DNA of 64,000 nt from Protoeuglena noctilucae (taxonomy: Eukaryota). The position numbers and the translations under genes were made by a program. The notes beneath the pieces were generated by a model. It did no database searches. It was given only the letters and a program-made list of their open reading frames with translations, and had not been told where the DNA came from. Shown in pieces: positions 1 through 11,959 of this stretch (positions are counted from its first letter, which is position 1; every line of letters starts with the position of its first letter). The stretch covers positions 868,001-932,000 of the forward strand of contig OY253675.1 in the NCBI GenBank assembly GCA_958009085.1. Reading direction: 5' to 3'.

Positions 1-496
1 CACCAGGGCGCCAGCAACGCCTGCGATTCTCCGGCCCAGATCATCCGGTGCGTCAACACCTGAGTGCTCCAACACCGATGCAGCCCACTGGTGTTCCCGC
101 AGAGCACCCGCAAAGCGGGGCAGCGTGCTGGCCTGCGCGTGTGCAGTGAGCGCTGGCCATCTTCCACACATCCGATGGCAATGAGCCGGTCGCGAATGGC
201 GGCCAGATGCATCCTTGCTTGTCACAAGCAAGGATTCGCATCGGCTCGCCTGGAAGAGCGAGAGGACCCGCGCCGTGTCGACCTCTTCCTCCATCCCCAC
301 GCCCTCCCCCCATCCGATGGCCGCCGGGACCGACGCTGACGGATATGGGAGGCAGGAACCAAGGACAACGGAGGACGGCCGAAGAGTTCGCTGGCACTCG
401 TGAGTGCCAGCGACTCACTGGCTGTCCATCCTCGGTCGATGGCGGCGCGATGGGCAATCAGTTCGCGTGGACATGGATTGAATCGGGCGATGGGGC

Positions 497-2641
497 ATGG
501 CTGAGTTCGCTGAAGCGCTCAAGCGCCTGCGGGAGGAGGTGGACAACGCGCCGACCCATGGTCCGTTTTCCAAACGGATGGCGCGCTTATCCACGCCGAC
601 GAAGCATGAGAGAGACGCGATGCTCGCTTCTCTCGCAGGCGTGAATGGCAGAGCACTTCTCCTGCGCTTCGCGTCCTCGCTACGGCACGACAGCGATGAC
701 AGAGGGTCGCCGTATGCTCCAGAGGCCAAGCGCAGGCTCGTGGAGCTCCCTGACGGCGGCGCTATCGATCTCGCGGGTGCCGACGAGCCTGCGCGCGTCC
801 TCCGCGGGCCGCCAGAGGGCCACGCAAGGGATGAGAGCTTCAGCGGCCCGGGCTACCGCCTGGACGCCTTCGCCCTGGGAAAGAAGGGTGAGTCGCGGGC
901 CGGGCCGAGTAGGTGCCTGCTTGGCGAGGGTCGTTGGTAGTTCGAGATGAAGCATGCGACGTCATTTTCGCTCCCCGTCTTCCGTCCCCAGTGCCCCCCG
1001 AACACCTGCCCTTCGTCGCCTTCCACCCGCGCCTGAGGGTCTCCCGCCAGCACCGGCAGCACGCGGCCGTCACGCTGTTCCGCGGCTACCTCACTCTGGC
1101 ATGCGGCATGTTGGGATACACGTCACAGGAGGCGGCGGAGGCTTTCGTGGTATCTGACCAGGGCAAGAGGTGGTGGGCAGTGGCCAGGGACGCGGCCATG
1201 GCTGACGAGGCAGGTGACCCCTAGTGACGCTCGACATGGGCACCCCACGTTGGCCTGCCGAGCGACCAGAGACTGTCATGGGTATCAAAGACGGGGCCGT
1301 CGTCCTCTGCGCTCAGAGCTCATTTATCGGAAGTGCCCGTCCCCTGCTGAGTACGGCTTATTGGCCTCCCGTGTCCTTCCTGACGCGGACCGCCTCCGAG
1401 TCAAAGCGACGGCCCAGGGGCTGCGGCTGCTGCCCAGCAGTGCGCCCACGGCTGCGGTAACGGAACCCAAGACCCGGATTGGGCCACTCGGGTCACCTTG
1501 TGCATCAAGTGGCGGTGAGGATGGGCCGGGAGAGGTACTGCCGGGCCATGAGCCTGGTGGGGAACAGGACCAAACGGTTGAGAGGAGCAGGCAGGGCATG
1601 GGCGATGCAGCGAGGGGGGCTACGACCGCGGAGACGAGCTCCGATGTCATGCAGACAGACAGACGCATCTTGGGTGGAGGCGACGGGGGCGGGCCTGTGA
1701 AAGCAGCGAGGGCAGGTGGGAGCGTCAAGGGTCGCTACGATGCAGCGCGTACGACGGGGTCGAAGGGGCGTGTGCAGCGTCGGGGAGATGGAGGCGGGGC
1801 AGTGAAGGCGACGAGGATCCGGCAGAGGGTGGCTCAGCTCGCTCGTGAGGCTGGGTTGCTCTCTGACGCGTCGTCCGCGAGCGAGTCGTTGACTTCCACG
1901 TCATCCGGGTCTTCTTCTGGCAGTGAGACGAACGACTCGGGATCCTCTTCATCGGGGGACGAGGGGTCGTCGGCAAGCGGGGAGTCAGGGGGTGACGGAG
2001 TTGATGAGGACGAGTCGTCTGTTGTGAGGAGGCAGGGTGGGGCCAGCAGGGAGACGTCCAAAGGGATGGCAACGGGGGGGCACGTGAGGGTGGAGAAGAG
2101 GGCGTGGCGCGGCGGGAGACGAGGGTCGGAGAGGCGCCCGGCTCTTGGCGGCCGCGGGAGGGCGAGCGTTGGCAGTGCAAGAGCGTCTGAGAGCAAAGCC
2201 CCTTCCATCGGAAGCCTGGGATGTCGGGAATGCCTGCAGCAGATGTGACGGCCAAGGTGGGCCCCGTGCCAGCGACGAGATGGTCTGAGTGTTGTTCTGA
2301 CGCAGCCACTTGCGCTGGCGCGCTCGGCAGGCCTTGCATGCAGCTCTTGCGTGCATGATCACACGCGTGGCTTTGCTAATGATGGCCGACTCGCTTCTAC
2401 CCTCTTGCAGGTGGAGCGTTTCGTGCACAGCGTCCTGGACCCATATGTGACAGCAGGGGTGCTGGACGAGGCGGAGCGGAGGCGCATCGTGGGGTCGGTG
2501 GCACGCAAGGTGGTGGCGGCGCACGAGGGGGATACTGACGCCAGTTTCATCGTCCGAAATGGACCCAAGATCCGAAGCGTCGCCGAGCAGTACGTGCAGG
2601 CCTTGCAGAGGGCCCGGGCAGGGGCAGCTAAGCCTTGCTAA
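497..2641 (+). CDS. Multi-exon protein with a Ser/Asp/Gly-rich linker and a C-terminal SRI/SFR19-like (PHRF1/SCAF11 C-terminal-type) helical domain; 5' end uncertain and may lie upstream
   Basis: Last exon VERFVHSVLDPYVTAGVLDEAERRRIVGSVARKVV...NGPKIRSVAEQYV resembles the Pol II CTD-binding SRI/SFR19-like pattern. GT-AG introns near 889-940 and after 1213. The junction into the last exon is unresolved. Confidence 0.5.
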
Positions 2642-2908
2642 GCAAACTCTGGAGGGCTATTTGGGTACTAGTTCAGGATTTACAAGACCGATGATTTGAA
2701 GGGACGCGAAGTAATGAGGACTCGTGACTTGTACGGGTGGAGGTGCAGGGCACAGGATGGGAAAGGAAGTAGGAACGGATGAAATTGACGCTTCCCCACT
2801 TCCACAGCGGCCAATCACTCGAGGTATGGAGACAGTCGCGTCCATTGAACGCCGACGGGCGTGCCTAGGTGCGTAGGTGGAAAGTCCTCCTAAGGCTCAC
2901 GAGGCAGA

Positions 2909-5059
2909 TCACGACACTGCGGGAGAGGGAGGCGTCGACATTAACACAGCCCAGCCTCCACGCCCGTGGAGCCCGCCGCGGCATGGAACTGCCGACTGAC
3001 GCACGCGAGGGGCCACACGCCATGCGTGCCACGGTCTCACCGGAGAAGAAGGGGGCATCGCAGGTGCAAGACCTCCGGTTGCCCATGCACACGCCCTCGA
3101 ATGTGGGGTTGCGCTTGGCGAAGGAGGGGGTCACTGGCGTCTCGAGCAAAATCGTCTGCGTGGACGAGGGTGGCCATGAATCATCTCCGCTTGAAGATGC
3201 CCGGCTGGGCGGTGCGCCTGTCCTGCAGGCGGGGAGCAGCACCGGCGGCCTCCATGCCGCCCACCCCCGCAGCCGCCTCGCCTGAGCCGCCCGCAGCTGT
3301 TGGGGGTCGTTGCAGATGTCAGCGAAGAGTCGCCACAGGCGGATGCTCTTGATGCAGTCCACCACAGCGTCGTGCGCGTCGTCCACGTTCCACCCGAGAA
3401 GGCACCGAACCACGTGGTCCTGCGATCAAGTCTTGCACCTTCAGGGGAGCCCGATCGATCGGTCGGCGTCGGCGGCGAGGACGCCCCCTCACCTGGGGAA
3501 ACACAGAATAGTTGCCGTATCGCTCGTTCCAGACAGGCCAGCAGCCGAGGAGGTCCCGCATCGAGCCGTAGTGCTTGCCCGTCTCAAGGCCCAGCCACTT
3601 GACGTCCTGGAGCACGTTGTATCCGAGCAGGACGGCGTCCTACGAAGACGCGGCGCAGCGGGGCAGTGAGGGGCGCCCACACCCTCCGACCGCTGCAGAG
3701 CCACCGCAGCGAGGCCTCGCCTTGGGGAGATGCTCCTTGACAATGTCCACGGCCTCCTCGAATGGCACCCCGTGCGTGTCGAGCAGATCCGGAGTGAGGC
3801 CCGTCAGGGGAGTCAAGTAACTCACGACAGGCTTGCTAGGCTTGACAAAGACGTTCAGCAGGACATTCTCAAACTCATCCACGATGGCGATCTGCGAGAG
3901 CGAAGCGAGATGGGTCGCTCAGGCGCGCACGAGCACAAGCCAAAGGCGACGACCCGTTTGTGACCTCCGCGCGGCTGCCCCGTCCGCCCGCCCTTGCCTG
4001 CGCCACCGACCGGTCGTTGTGCGTGACGCCGGTGGCCACGCACTCCACGTCGATCGCGAACAGGCGCGACGGCCCGCCCACGTAGCTGCGGCCTGAGTCC
4101 CCCGGGTGAAGCACGCTGCGGCGGAAAGGCCCCGGCTGCGGCTGCGCGTGCCTGGCCAGCGCCGTGCACGCGGTCATGGCCTCCGCCAAACGGTCCACGG
4201 ACGCGCCCGCGCTGTCGGCCGAGTGGGCGCTCGACCTCCCTCCCACCCCCTCCGGCCTGAGCCCCGCTGCGCCCGAGTCGGAGGACAGCCTGCGCGGGGG
4301 CGGCACCGGCGCCACCGGGGGCGCTTGCGGGCCCCGGCCGGGCGCCCCTCCCGACCCTTTGCTGCGCCCCCCGCGCCTGCCACGCCCGCGCCCGGCCATG
4401 GACCGATCGTGAGCGTCGCCCTCTGCCCCTCCCGTTTCCCTGTGCGACATCGGCGCCTGCGACGTGTCCATCACCGCGAGTGTGGGCGGCCGCAGCTGCC
4501 CCGGGGCCCGCGACGCCACCATGCCTGCCGGCACGCCCATCCCTCCCGCCCCCATCAGCACGTGGCTCGTGGGTGGAGCATAACCAGGTGCCACTGCAGC
4601 GGAAGGTGTGCGGCACGCGCGTGGGCGATGCCGCCCGCGTCTTGCGAAAGCCAAGCAGTGCCAAGCAGCGCGTCGCCAGGCGTCTGTCTAACCTGAATAG
4701 CCCCCGAGCTGGGACCCTGGGAGCTGCATGGGGGCGTACATGAGACCCGGGACCATCTGGCCGCCCATGGATGCGCCCATTGCGAGGTGGACCTGCGGCG
4801 CGACCCCCAGCGCGGCCGCACCGCCCCGGGGACCCTGCCCCACCGGGTTGTACGCCATCGCGTACTGCCCGTATTGGCCGGACGGCATGTTCCCCGAATG
4901 CACGGGCGTCATGGCGTAAAGCTGGCCGTTGATCGCGCACAACATGCCCTGGGTGCACAAACACACGGAGATCACCAGGCGAAGAAAGGTTCGCCATCGG
5001 AATCGATCCCCGACGGAGACCGACGACGGTGCGGCATACGCGCACAGGCTCACCGGCAT
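2909..5059 (-). CDS. DEDDh 3'-5' RNA exonuclease (REX4/ISG20-like) with a low-complexity N-terminus, about 8 exons
   Basis: Exo I FAIDVECVATG; LLNVFVKPSKPVVSYLTPLTGLT; Exo II GYNVLQD; Exo III HDAVVD; C-terminal PSFAKRNPTFEGVCMGNRRSCTCDAPFFS. The first (MP) and last (VS*) micro-exons are inferred. Confidence 0.85.
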
Positions 5060-6042
5060 AGAAAGCGACGCAATATGCGCGTGCTGAGGATCCTGGCCGT
5101 GGCCCCCAGGCAGGGAGACGGATGCATGCCCCGAGTCTCTCTGTGGGGAGCTCGTCGCGTGCGCGAGTCAATCACGGGGCTGCCTGACCATCACACGTCA
5201 CAATGAACAATGCGCTGCGCATCTCTCACCCTGACAGGGACGGAAGTGGGGAGGAATCCCGCCGGTCTGTTGGAACCAACCATGACACCCGGAACAGAGG
5301 AGAAGGAGCGCCGCGGGTTGTCGGAGGGCGTGGGGGGGGCCATTGTGGAGCCCTGCAGGGACGTGGCGGGACCGTCGGGGCGTCACGGCGCACACCCAGG
5401 CGAGGGGACCACACAGGGGTGCAGCAAGGGCCCTGGCTCGACCACGCGTACGAATCAGGCATCCGCAGGCGCTGCTAATTCCATACTGTCATCAGAAAAA
5501 AACGCGTGGCAGCACGGCAGACGCCGAAGGAAGGTGTACCTGGTCGCTGGAGGGCGCGCGGGACATCGGGGAAATCCTCCGGACACCCTGAGCCCCTCGG
5601 AACCGAGATCGTGAAACTAACGCCGACCAGGCAACGAAGTCGTCCCGATCGGCCGCGGGGGCGCAAAAACAACCAGGCTTCCAAAAAAGGAGCTCCGCGG
5701 CGCACGGGGCCCATACGGCCGGAAACCAAATGCGCCAATTCACACCGATGAGCCCCAGTAACGACGGGAAATGCGTGGGGCCTTGCTGGGGCAATTCCCC
5801 TTGCACATGGTCCGGGGACAGGTGTCAATGGCCGGCCCCATATCACGCTGTGCTGCTGACGCGAGCGACGTAGCGTGACCCTGGGTCCGCGGGGGCGTTT
5901 CTGTCGGCCCAGCAATCGGGCCACGATGCGTGCGTGCGACCGACTTTGTATCTCTGCGAGATACAAAGTGGTGGTGCCTGTGTCTGACTTTCACACAAAG
6001 GTGCTACGACACGAGCGTCCGTCCACATGCTCTTAGACAAGA

Positions 6043-7139
6043 TCACTGCGCCACAGCCACCCCCGCATCGCTGTCGGCCTTGCGGGACTGGTACAGGGCC
6101 GCCTTGCGCTCCCGGCGCGTGGGCTTGCCGTCGCTCCGGCCCCGGGGGTTCTTGGGCTCGTACTCGGCCGCGGCGACCACGTTCACGACCTGGGGGAGGG
6201 GCAGCGTCGCCGCTGTTCGGAACTGAGCCGGGGTTTGGGGGACAAACCAGGCGGCCATTCCATGCACACAGCGGCGGGCATGACACCAGCAGGTGGATGG
6301 CGAGGACCGCACGGTAGAATGGGGTCCTCAGACCGCCGTTGCGCTGCACGCCGCCCTGCCGGCCGTCTGCAGGTGCCGTATCGGGCTCACCTTGACACCC
6401 CTCTTGTCCGAGAACTGCACGATCCCATCAATCAGCGAGAAGATGGTGTGGTCCGAGCCCAGGCCCACGTTGGCGCCAGGGTGCATCTGCGGGGGCAGCG
6501 TTCACGCGACTTCGTCTCTTCCCCGGCCCTCCGGCGCACAGCAGCGACGCCCGCGCCGGCCACAAAACGTTGAGGCTACCATGGACCATCAGGCAACGCG
6601 GGCACACGTCCAGGGCCCGGGTCTCGCCGGGAAAGGCCCCCCAGCGAGCCCCAGCCAAGGGCTCGCTCCCCGCGAAAACGCGCCTCGGGGAGGCGCGACG
6701 GGCGTCGCAAGCTTCCGCGCGCACGAATCGACGCATGTTGAAAGCGTTTCCCGGGCCCCAGCTCGCCTTGGTGCCGCGCTGGCGCACGATAATGCCGCCG
6801 GCCCGGACAGGCTGGTCGCCGTAGACCTTCACCCCCAGGCGCTGCGCGTTCGAGTCACGGCCGTTCTTGGTCGAGCCGGCACCCTTCTTGTGCGCGCACT
6901 CGATCTGCGGGCCGACGCGGCGGGTTTCGCCCTCGCTCCCCGGCGCCCAGGGCAGCGACCCCGCCTCATCATGCAAGCCACGATTTTCCTGTCCAATCGG
7001 CGCACCCGTCCGCTCCCCGGGCAGCGCTCGCGCCGCTCACCGTGACATGGACGCGGGGAGCGACGCTCAAGGGCTGAGCCACCGCCACCTGCACCCCAGA
7101 GAAAGAGCTGGCCACGGACGCGAGCCGCAGCGTCGACAT
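6043..7139 (-). CDS. RPL27: Plastid 50S ribosomal protein L27 with transit peptide, 4 exons
   Basis: [68 protein letters not shown]. Ser/Ala-rich N-terminus [15 protein letters not shown]. Basic C-terminal extension RRERKAALY. Confidence 0.95.
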
Positions 7140-7546
7140 CTTCCCCCTCACGCTAAGCTCCCCAGCCGCCCCGGCAATAGACAGATGTTTTGCAGAAGAT
7201 GGAGTCCGCAGCAAACTAATATGTTACGGACGAGTGTTCTGTCGCTGCCGACGGCGTCCGTAGGCTCCTATTGCGGCCAGTGTGTCAGCGGTAAGCTGGT
7301 TCTGACGTCAGAAACATCTCCCACGACTCTTCACGCCGCTGGCTGTCCTGTACTTTCATTAGTGACGTTATACTGCGCTGAAGGTTTTTTTACGTTTACA
7401 GGCTGTTCGTTGTTCGTGTTGGGAGTTAACTGAACGAGCCAGTGGCCCAGGCCGTCCGCTGCCTCCGGCTTTGTAACAACTTTAGACCTTTGCCTGGCGT
7501 CGCATCGCGAGGCCGCCGCGAGGGGAGGGCGGCGAGTTGGGGCGGC
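7140..7546. promoter_or_regulatory. Probable bidirectional promoter between RPL27 and CSTF77
   Basis: About 400 nt between divergent ATGs, locally AT-rich, containing the perfect palindrome TTCTGACGTCAGAA (7300-7313). Confidence 0.5.
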
Positions 7547-10500
7547 ATGGAGGGCGCGGACCCGCCGGCCAGCGCGCCGGCGGACCAGGCGGAGAGCACT
7601 GACGCTGGGATTGCGCCTCCTCCGCCCAGTGCTCCTGTAGATGCCGCGGGGGGGCAGGCCGTGGTGGGTGAGGCCGTCCCGGGCCCTCCCAGCGCTGTGA
7701 AGGAAAGCGAAGGTCGTGGCAACGATGACGTCGCTGGCACCGCGGATGCCACGTCTCCACGAGAAAATCCTAACGAGACCAGCCCGGCGGTCGCTGCCGA
7801 TGGCCCCGCGGCGGCGCCAGAGCATGCGGACGAGGCCCACAAGGCGTCCTCGGGGGGCTCGGCCCCCGGATCGCCTCGCGCCAACGGCGCCGCGCCTGAG
7901 CAGGTGACTGCGTAGTCTGCTCGTGGTGATGGAAATCCTGGGATCATCGACAGCAGTCTCTGAATGCGTCGTGGTGGACATGTGATCGCCCGTGCCTGCC
8001 GAGCGCCCTGGACGGCCCGCCATCGGTCCCCTGTGCGCCGCAGGAAGACGCGCGGGAACCCATCTACGAGTTGGATTCCCCCGACACGCCCCTGGCCGAC
8101 CAAGTGGAGGCGGACGAGCGCGAGCTGGCGCGGACGACCAAGCACGTCTTCCAGACCTTCCCGGACCTCTCCGCGATGCCCCCGGCGCAGGCGCGTGTCG
8201 CTCCAGCGATCGTTCGCGCAGCGCGTTCTATGAGCCGAGAAGTCTTGGTTAAGAAGAGCGGTCATCCCTCGACGCACGCAGGCGGAGCGGCTGTTGAAGG
8301 TGAAGAGCACCATTGAGGCCAACAAATTCGACACGGACTCGTGGGTGACGCTCTTGGACGAGGCCACGTCCATCGGTGAGTGGAGAAGCTCACGGCACCC
8401 CTGGCCTGCCGCAGTATGGGCGCTCCTCGCGTCTCGGCTCCGTGAAGTCCCTTCGTGCAGAGAAGGAGGGCGTCCGGCGGACCGTGGAGCGCGCGGCCTA
8501 CGACGAGATGCTCGCCGTGTTCCCCACCGCGGCCGACCAGTGGAAGCGCTACGCCGACTTGGAGCTGGCAGCGGGCAGCGTGACGGCCGCCAAGGCCATC
8601 TTCGCGCAGTGCCTCGTCCAGTGCTTCACCGTCGGCCTTTTCCAGTCGTACATTCGCTTCATCCGCGCCGTTCATGAACCCAAGGGCCCCGACGGCCTCG
8701 TGCAGGTCCGTCCAGCCACAACCCAGCTCAGGGTTTTGCCAGACCATCCCCGCGCCCAGCCCTAGCCCTCGCGCCCATGCCCCGCCGAATCGTTCACACT
8801 GACACCACTGCTGCTGCTCACCTGCCGCTCCAGTCGCTTGTCGGACAAAGCAAAGCGCCCACTGCTGCGCCGTGCCTGCGCTCCGCGATGCACCTTCACC
8901 GTCACCGGCGTGCCCGGCCGTAAGGCCCGGCCGCATGTGCGTGCGCAGCGGTCGGGTCAGTGCACCGCCGCGTCCCTCACCGCCCGTCCCCGCGGACCCG
9001 GCCCCACGCAGGTCCGCAAGGCCTTTGAGTTTGCGCTTGACCGTGTGGGCCAGGCCCTGGACTCTGGCCCCCTGTGGGAGGCCTACGTCACGTTCCTCAA
9101 GGGCATCGCCCCGGACACCCCGGAGCACAAGAAGGTGTTCGCGACGGTGCCCGGCCAGGAGGTGGCCTCCCAGAGAGAGGCCCTGCGGCGGGCGTACCAG
9201 CGAGCCCTGCGCGTGCCCCAGCATCGGCTGGACATGCTGTGGCGGGAGTACGAGAGGTTCGAGCAGACGGCGAGCGCCTCGCCCGAGATGGCGCGCAAGA
9301 TGATTGAAGACATGTCGCCGGTGAGGGGTGCGGGTGGGCGGCCGAACTGGGATGGGGCCATGTTTGGGAATGGGCTTGGTGGTCATTGTTACAGACTTTC
9401 TGGTGGTCGTTTGTTTGCACGAGAATCGCTCTGTGTCCATGCGACCAGGGAAGGTGAGTGAAGGTGAGTGAGTATGGGGCGCATACGCAGAGGCTGGCTC
9501 GCCACGTCTGCGACCCCTGACCCCCGGGCGGCACGCCATTGAACGGTCCGCAAATGCTGACGCTCACGCCAGTCAGCCGGCAGTCGTGGTCAGGGCCCAA
9601 TGTGCCTCCCCGCTGTGCCTGCCTCGCGGCCACGCTCGCGGCTGCCCAGGCTCACGAAGCAGCGTCACCGCCGTCGCCGCCCAGGTGGTCACCCTGTGCC
9701 GCGTGGTCCTGGCCGAGCGCACGCGCCTCTACGACCGCTTGCCCGAGGACATGTTCGCGCTTCCACCGGGGATGTGCCCTGACAGCGACGTGAGGGCGTG
9801 GAAGGCCGTGCTGCAGTGGGAAAAGAAGAACACCCAGCGGCTGGACGCCGACCAGCTGCGGGCGCGTGTCACGCTGGCTTACGAGCAGTCCCTGGTGAGC
9901 CCACGCGGGTTGCTGGGCAGTGCTTGGGAGTGTCTGCGGGCGTGCATTGGCAGACCGGCACACCCCAGCACTGTCACGCTGGGCCCGACTTGGTTGTGTC
10001 GAGAGTGCGCCAATTGCCCGCAGCAACGGCTGTTCCGGCACCCGGACATGTGGCACAGCTACGCGGCGTGGCACTTGCATGGGGGCGGGGGTGGGACTGC
10101 GGCGGCGATCCTCGTCTTGGCGCGGGCAGCGGTGGCATGTCCAGGTGAGCGAGCTGAGTCAAGGCTTACATTGCGTAGGTCGGCATGGATGCTCATGTGG
10201 GCCTAGACCCAAGAGCTCACCGCCCCATCCCTGGCTGCACCCTGCAGGCATGCTCCTGTTTAAGCTGTGGGCTGCCGAGATCCACGAAAGAGCGGGCGAG
10301 GCACCCAAGGCGCAGGTGACGGAAGAGGGACATGCTTTGCAGCTGGTTAGCGCAAAGGCGTGTCGTCTCACAGCGATGTGGCCAATGCGGTGCCCTTATG
10401 CCTCCCATAATACAGCACCCCTGGCTCATTCCTCGTCGCTTCTTCCGTTGCCCCAGGAAATATACGAGCAGCTTTTGGCGCCCATCAACACCACCGACGC

Positions 10501-11661
10501 CGCGACCACCGACCCATCACGGGACAAGACAGGTGCGTGTGGGTGCCCACCGCCCTCGGGTTACTCCCCACTCCTCGTCCCACCTGTCGCGTCCCAAGCA
10601 TCTTCTCGTCTCTCCCCGCAGTGGCGGGCGCCTTGGACTCGGGCGCGCTCTCCCCCGAGGGCCTCGGGGAGGTGCTCATCCAGTACATGCACTTCCTGAG
10701 GCGCACCGAGGGCATCCTGTCCGCACGCAAGCTCTTCGCCAGCCGCGCCGTCAAGTGGCCCGACTGCCCGTGGACCGTCTTCGCGGCCGCGGCGCTCATG
10801 GACTGGCACCACGACCGCAACACCAAGGCCGTGCGCAACATCTTCGAGTTCGGGGCCAAGAGGTTCCTGGGGTCGCCGGGGTTCGTGCGGGAGTACGCGC
10901 GGTGGCTGGCCTCCCAGGGCGACGACGTTAACGCCCGCAACGTGATGGAGAGGGCGCTGGACGCGTGCCCGCCCGAGGCCGCCCCACGCATGTGGGACGT
11001 GCGGTTGGCGTTCGAGTCCGAGGCCGGCAACACCACGGAGGCGGCGGCGGTGGAGGACCGGCGGGCCGCGGCGCTGGCCGGCAGCGGGGCCGTCGACGCG
11101 GACTGGGACCGGCTCGTGTGCCTGCTGGGCCGGTACAAGCACTTTGACGTGTGGCCGTCCAGCGCGCCCGACCGCGTGCACATCCGCCGGATGCTGGGGC
11201 TGGTGCAGAGGCGGGTCGTCGTGGGGGAGGGCGCGGCGGGGGCTGCGGAAGCCGACGCAGCGGAGGCGCCGAGGGCGGGCGCGGGGGCGCAGTGGGCAGA
11301 GGAGGGTGGGGCTGGGGTTCCGGGTGGGGCGGTGGGGGCGGGGGCTACGGGTGGGGGTGGAGGGGCGCAGTCACGGCGGCAGGACGGGGAAAGGGGACCC
11401 CCGGCGAGGAGGCGGCGGCAGGAGGGCGCGGCGGGGGGCGAGGGGCCGTTACACGGTCCCTTGGCGGTGTTGGTGTCGCGGCTGCCCACCCCCGCCAGGT
11501 ACGTGGGCACGGTGGTGGACCCGTCGCTGGTGCTGGACGCGCTGCAGAACCCGGCGGTGCGGCCGTCCTGGCCCAGGCCGGCGCGGCGGGGGAAGCGGGA
11601 CCTGGGGGAGCGGGACGGGCCGCAGGGGGAGGAGCGGGGGCAGCGGCCGCGGTATGGGTGA
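7547..11661 (+). CDS. CSTF77: Cleavage stimulation factor 77 kDa subunit (Rna14/Suppressor of forked, HAT repeats), about 10 exons
   Basis: YDEMLAVFPTAADQWKRYA; VRKAFEFALDRVGQALDSGPLWEAYVTFLK; LRRAYQRALRVP; WKAVLQWEKKN; QYMHFLRRTEGILSARKLF; RNIFEFGAKRF. Confidence 0.92.
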
Positions 11662-11959
11662 CGGCGGGCAGGGCGGTGGAGTTGATGATGTTTCATGCAT
11701 GACATGGGTGGCAGCAGTCAGGTGTCACTTCTGAAGCAGGCTGTCCGGCTGTCGCTCGTGCGAGGCGGGTCGCCTGTTCGAGGCGTTCGTGCGTTTGAAT
11801 CCGCTCCGCTACCTAGCAAGAAAACCCAGTCGTACCTAGTCGCACGCGTCTACCCGACCCAGCACGCCGAATCCACTAACTACAGACCAGCTGGCGCACA
11901 CAACACCTCGCTCTTCCACCTCCCCCAACTCCCTGCCCCTTCACGCCTCCCTCAACGCT

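Noticed and set aside
5060..6040. About 1 kb gene-free interval as an ncRNA or mobile element
   Set aside because: It is explained by the RPL27 3' UTR plus the exonuclease promoter and 5' UTR (minus-strand donor at about 5229); no terminal repeats or RNA-gene signature were seen.
9450..9475. GAAGGTGAGT x2 donor-like repeat within a CSTF77 intron
   Set aside because: No convincing upstream acceptor and in-frame exon, so a cassette exon is not supported.
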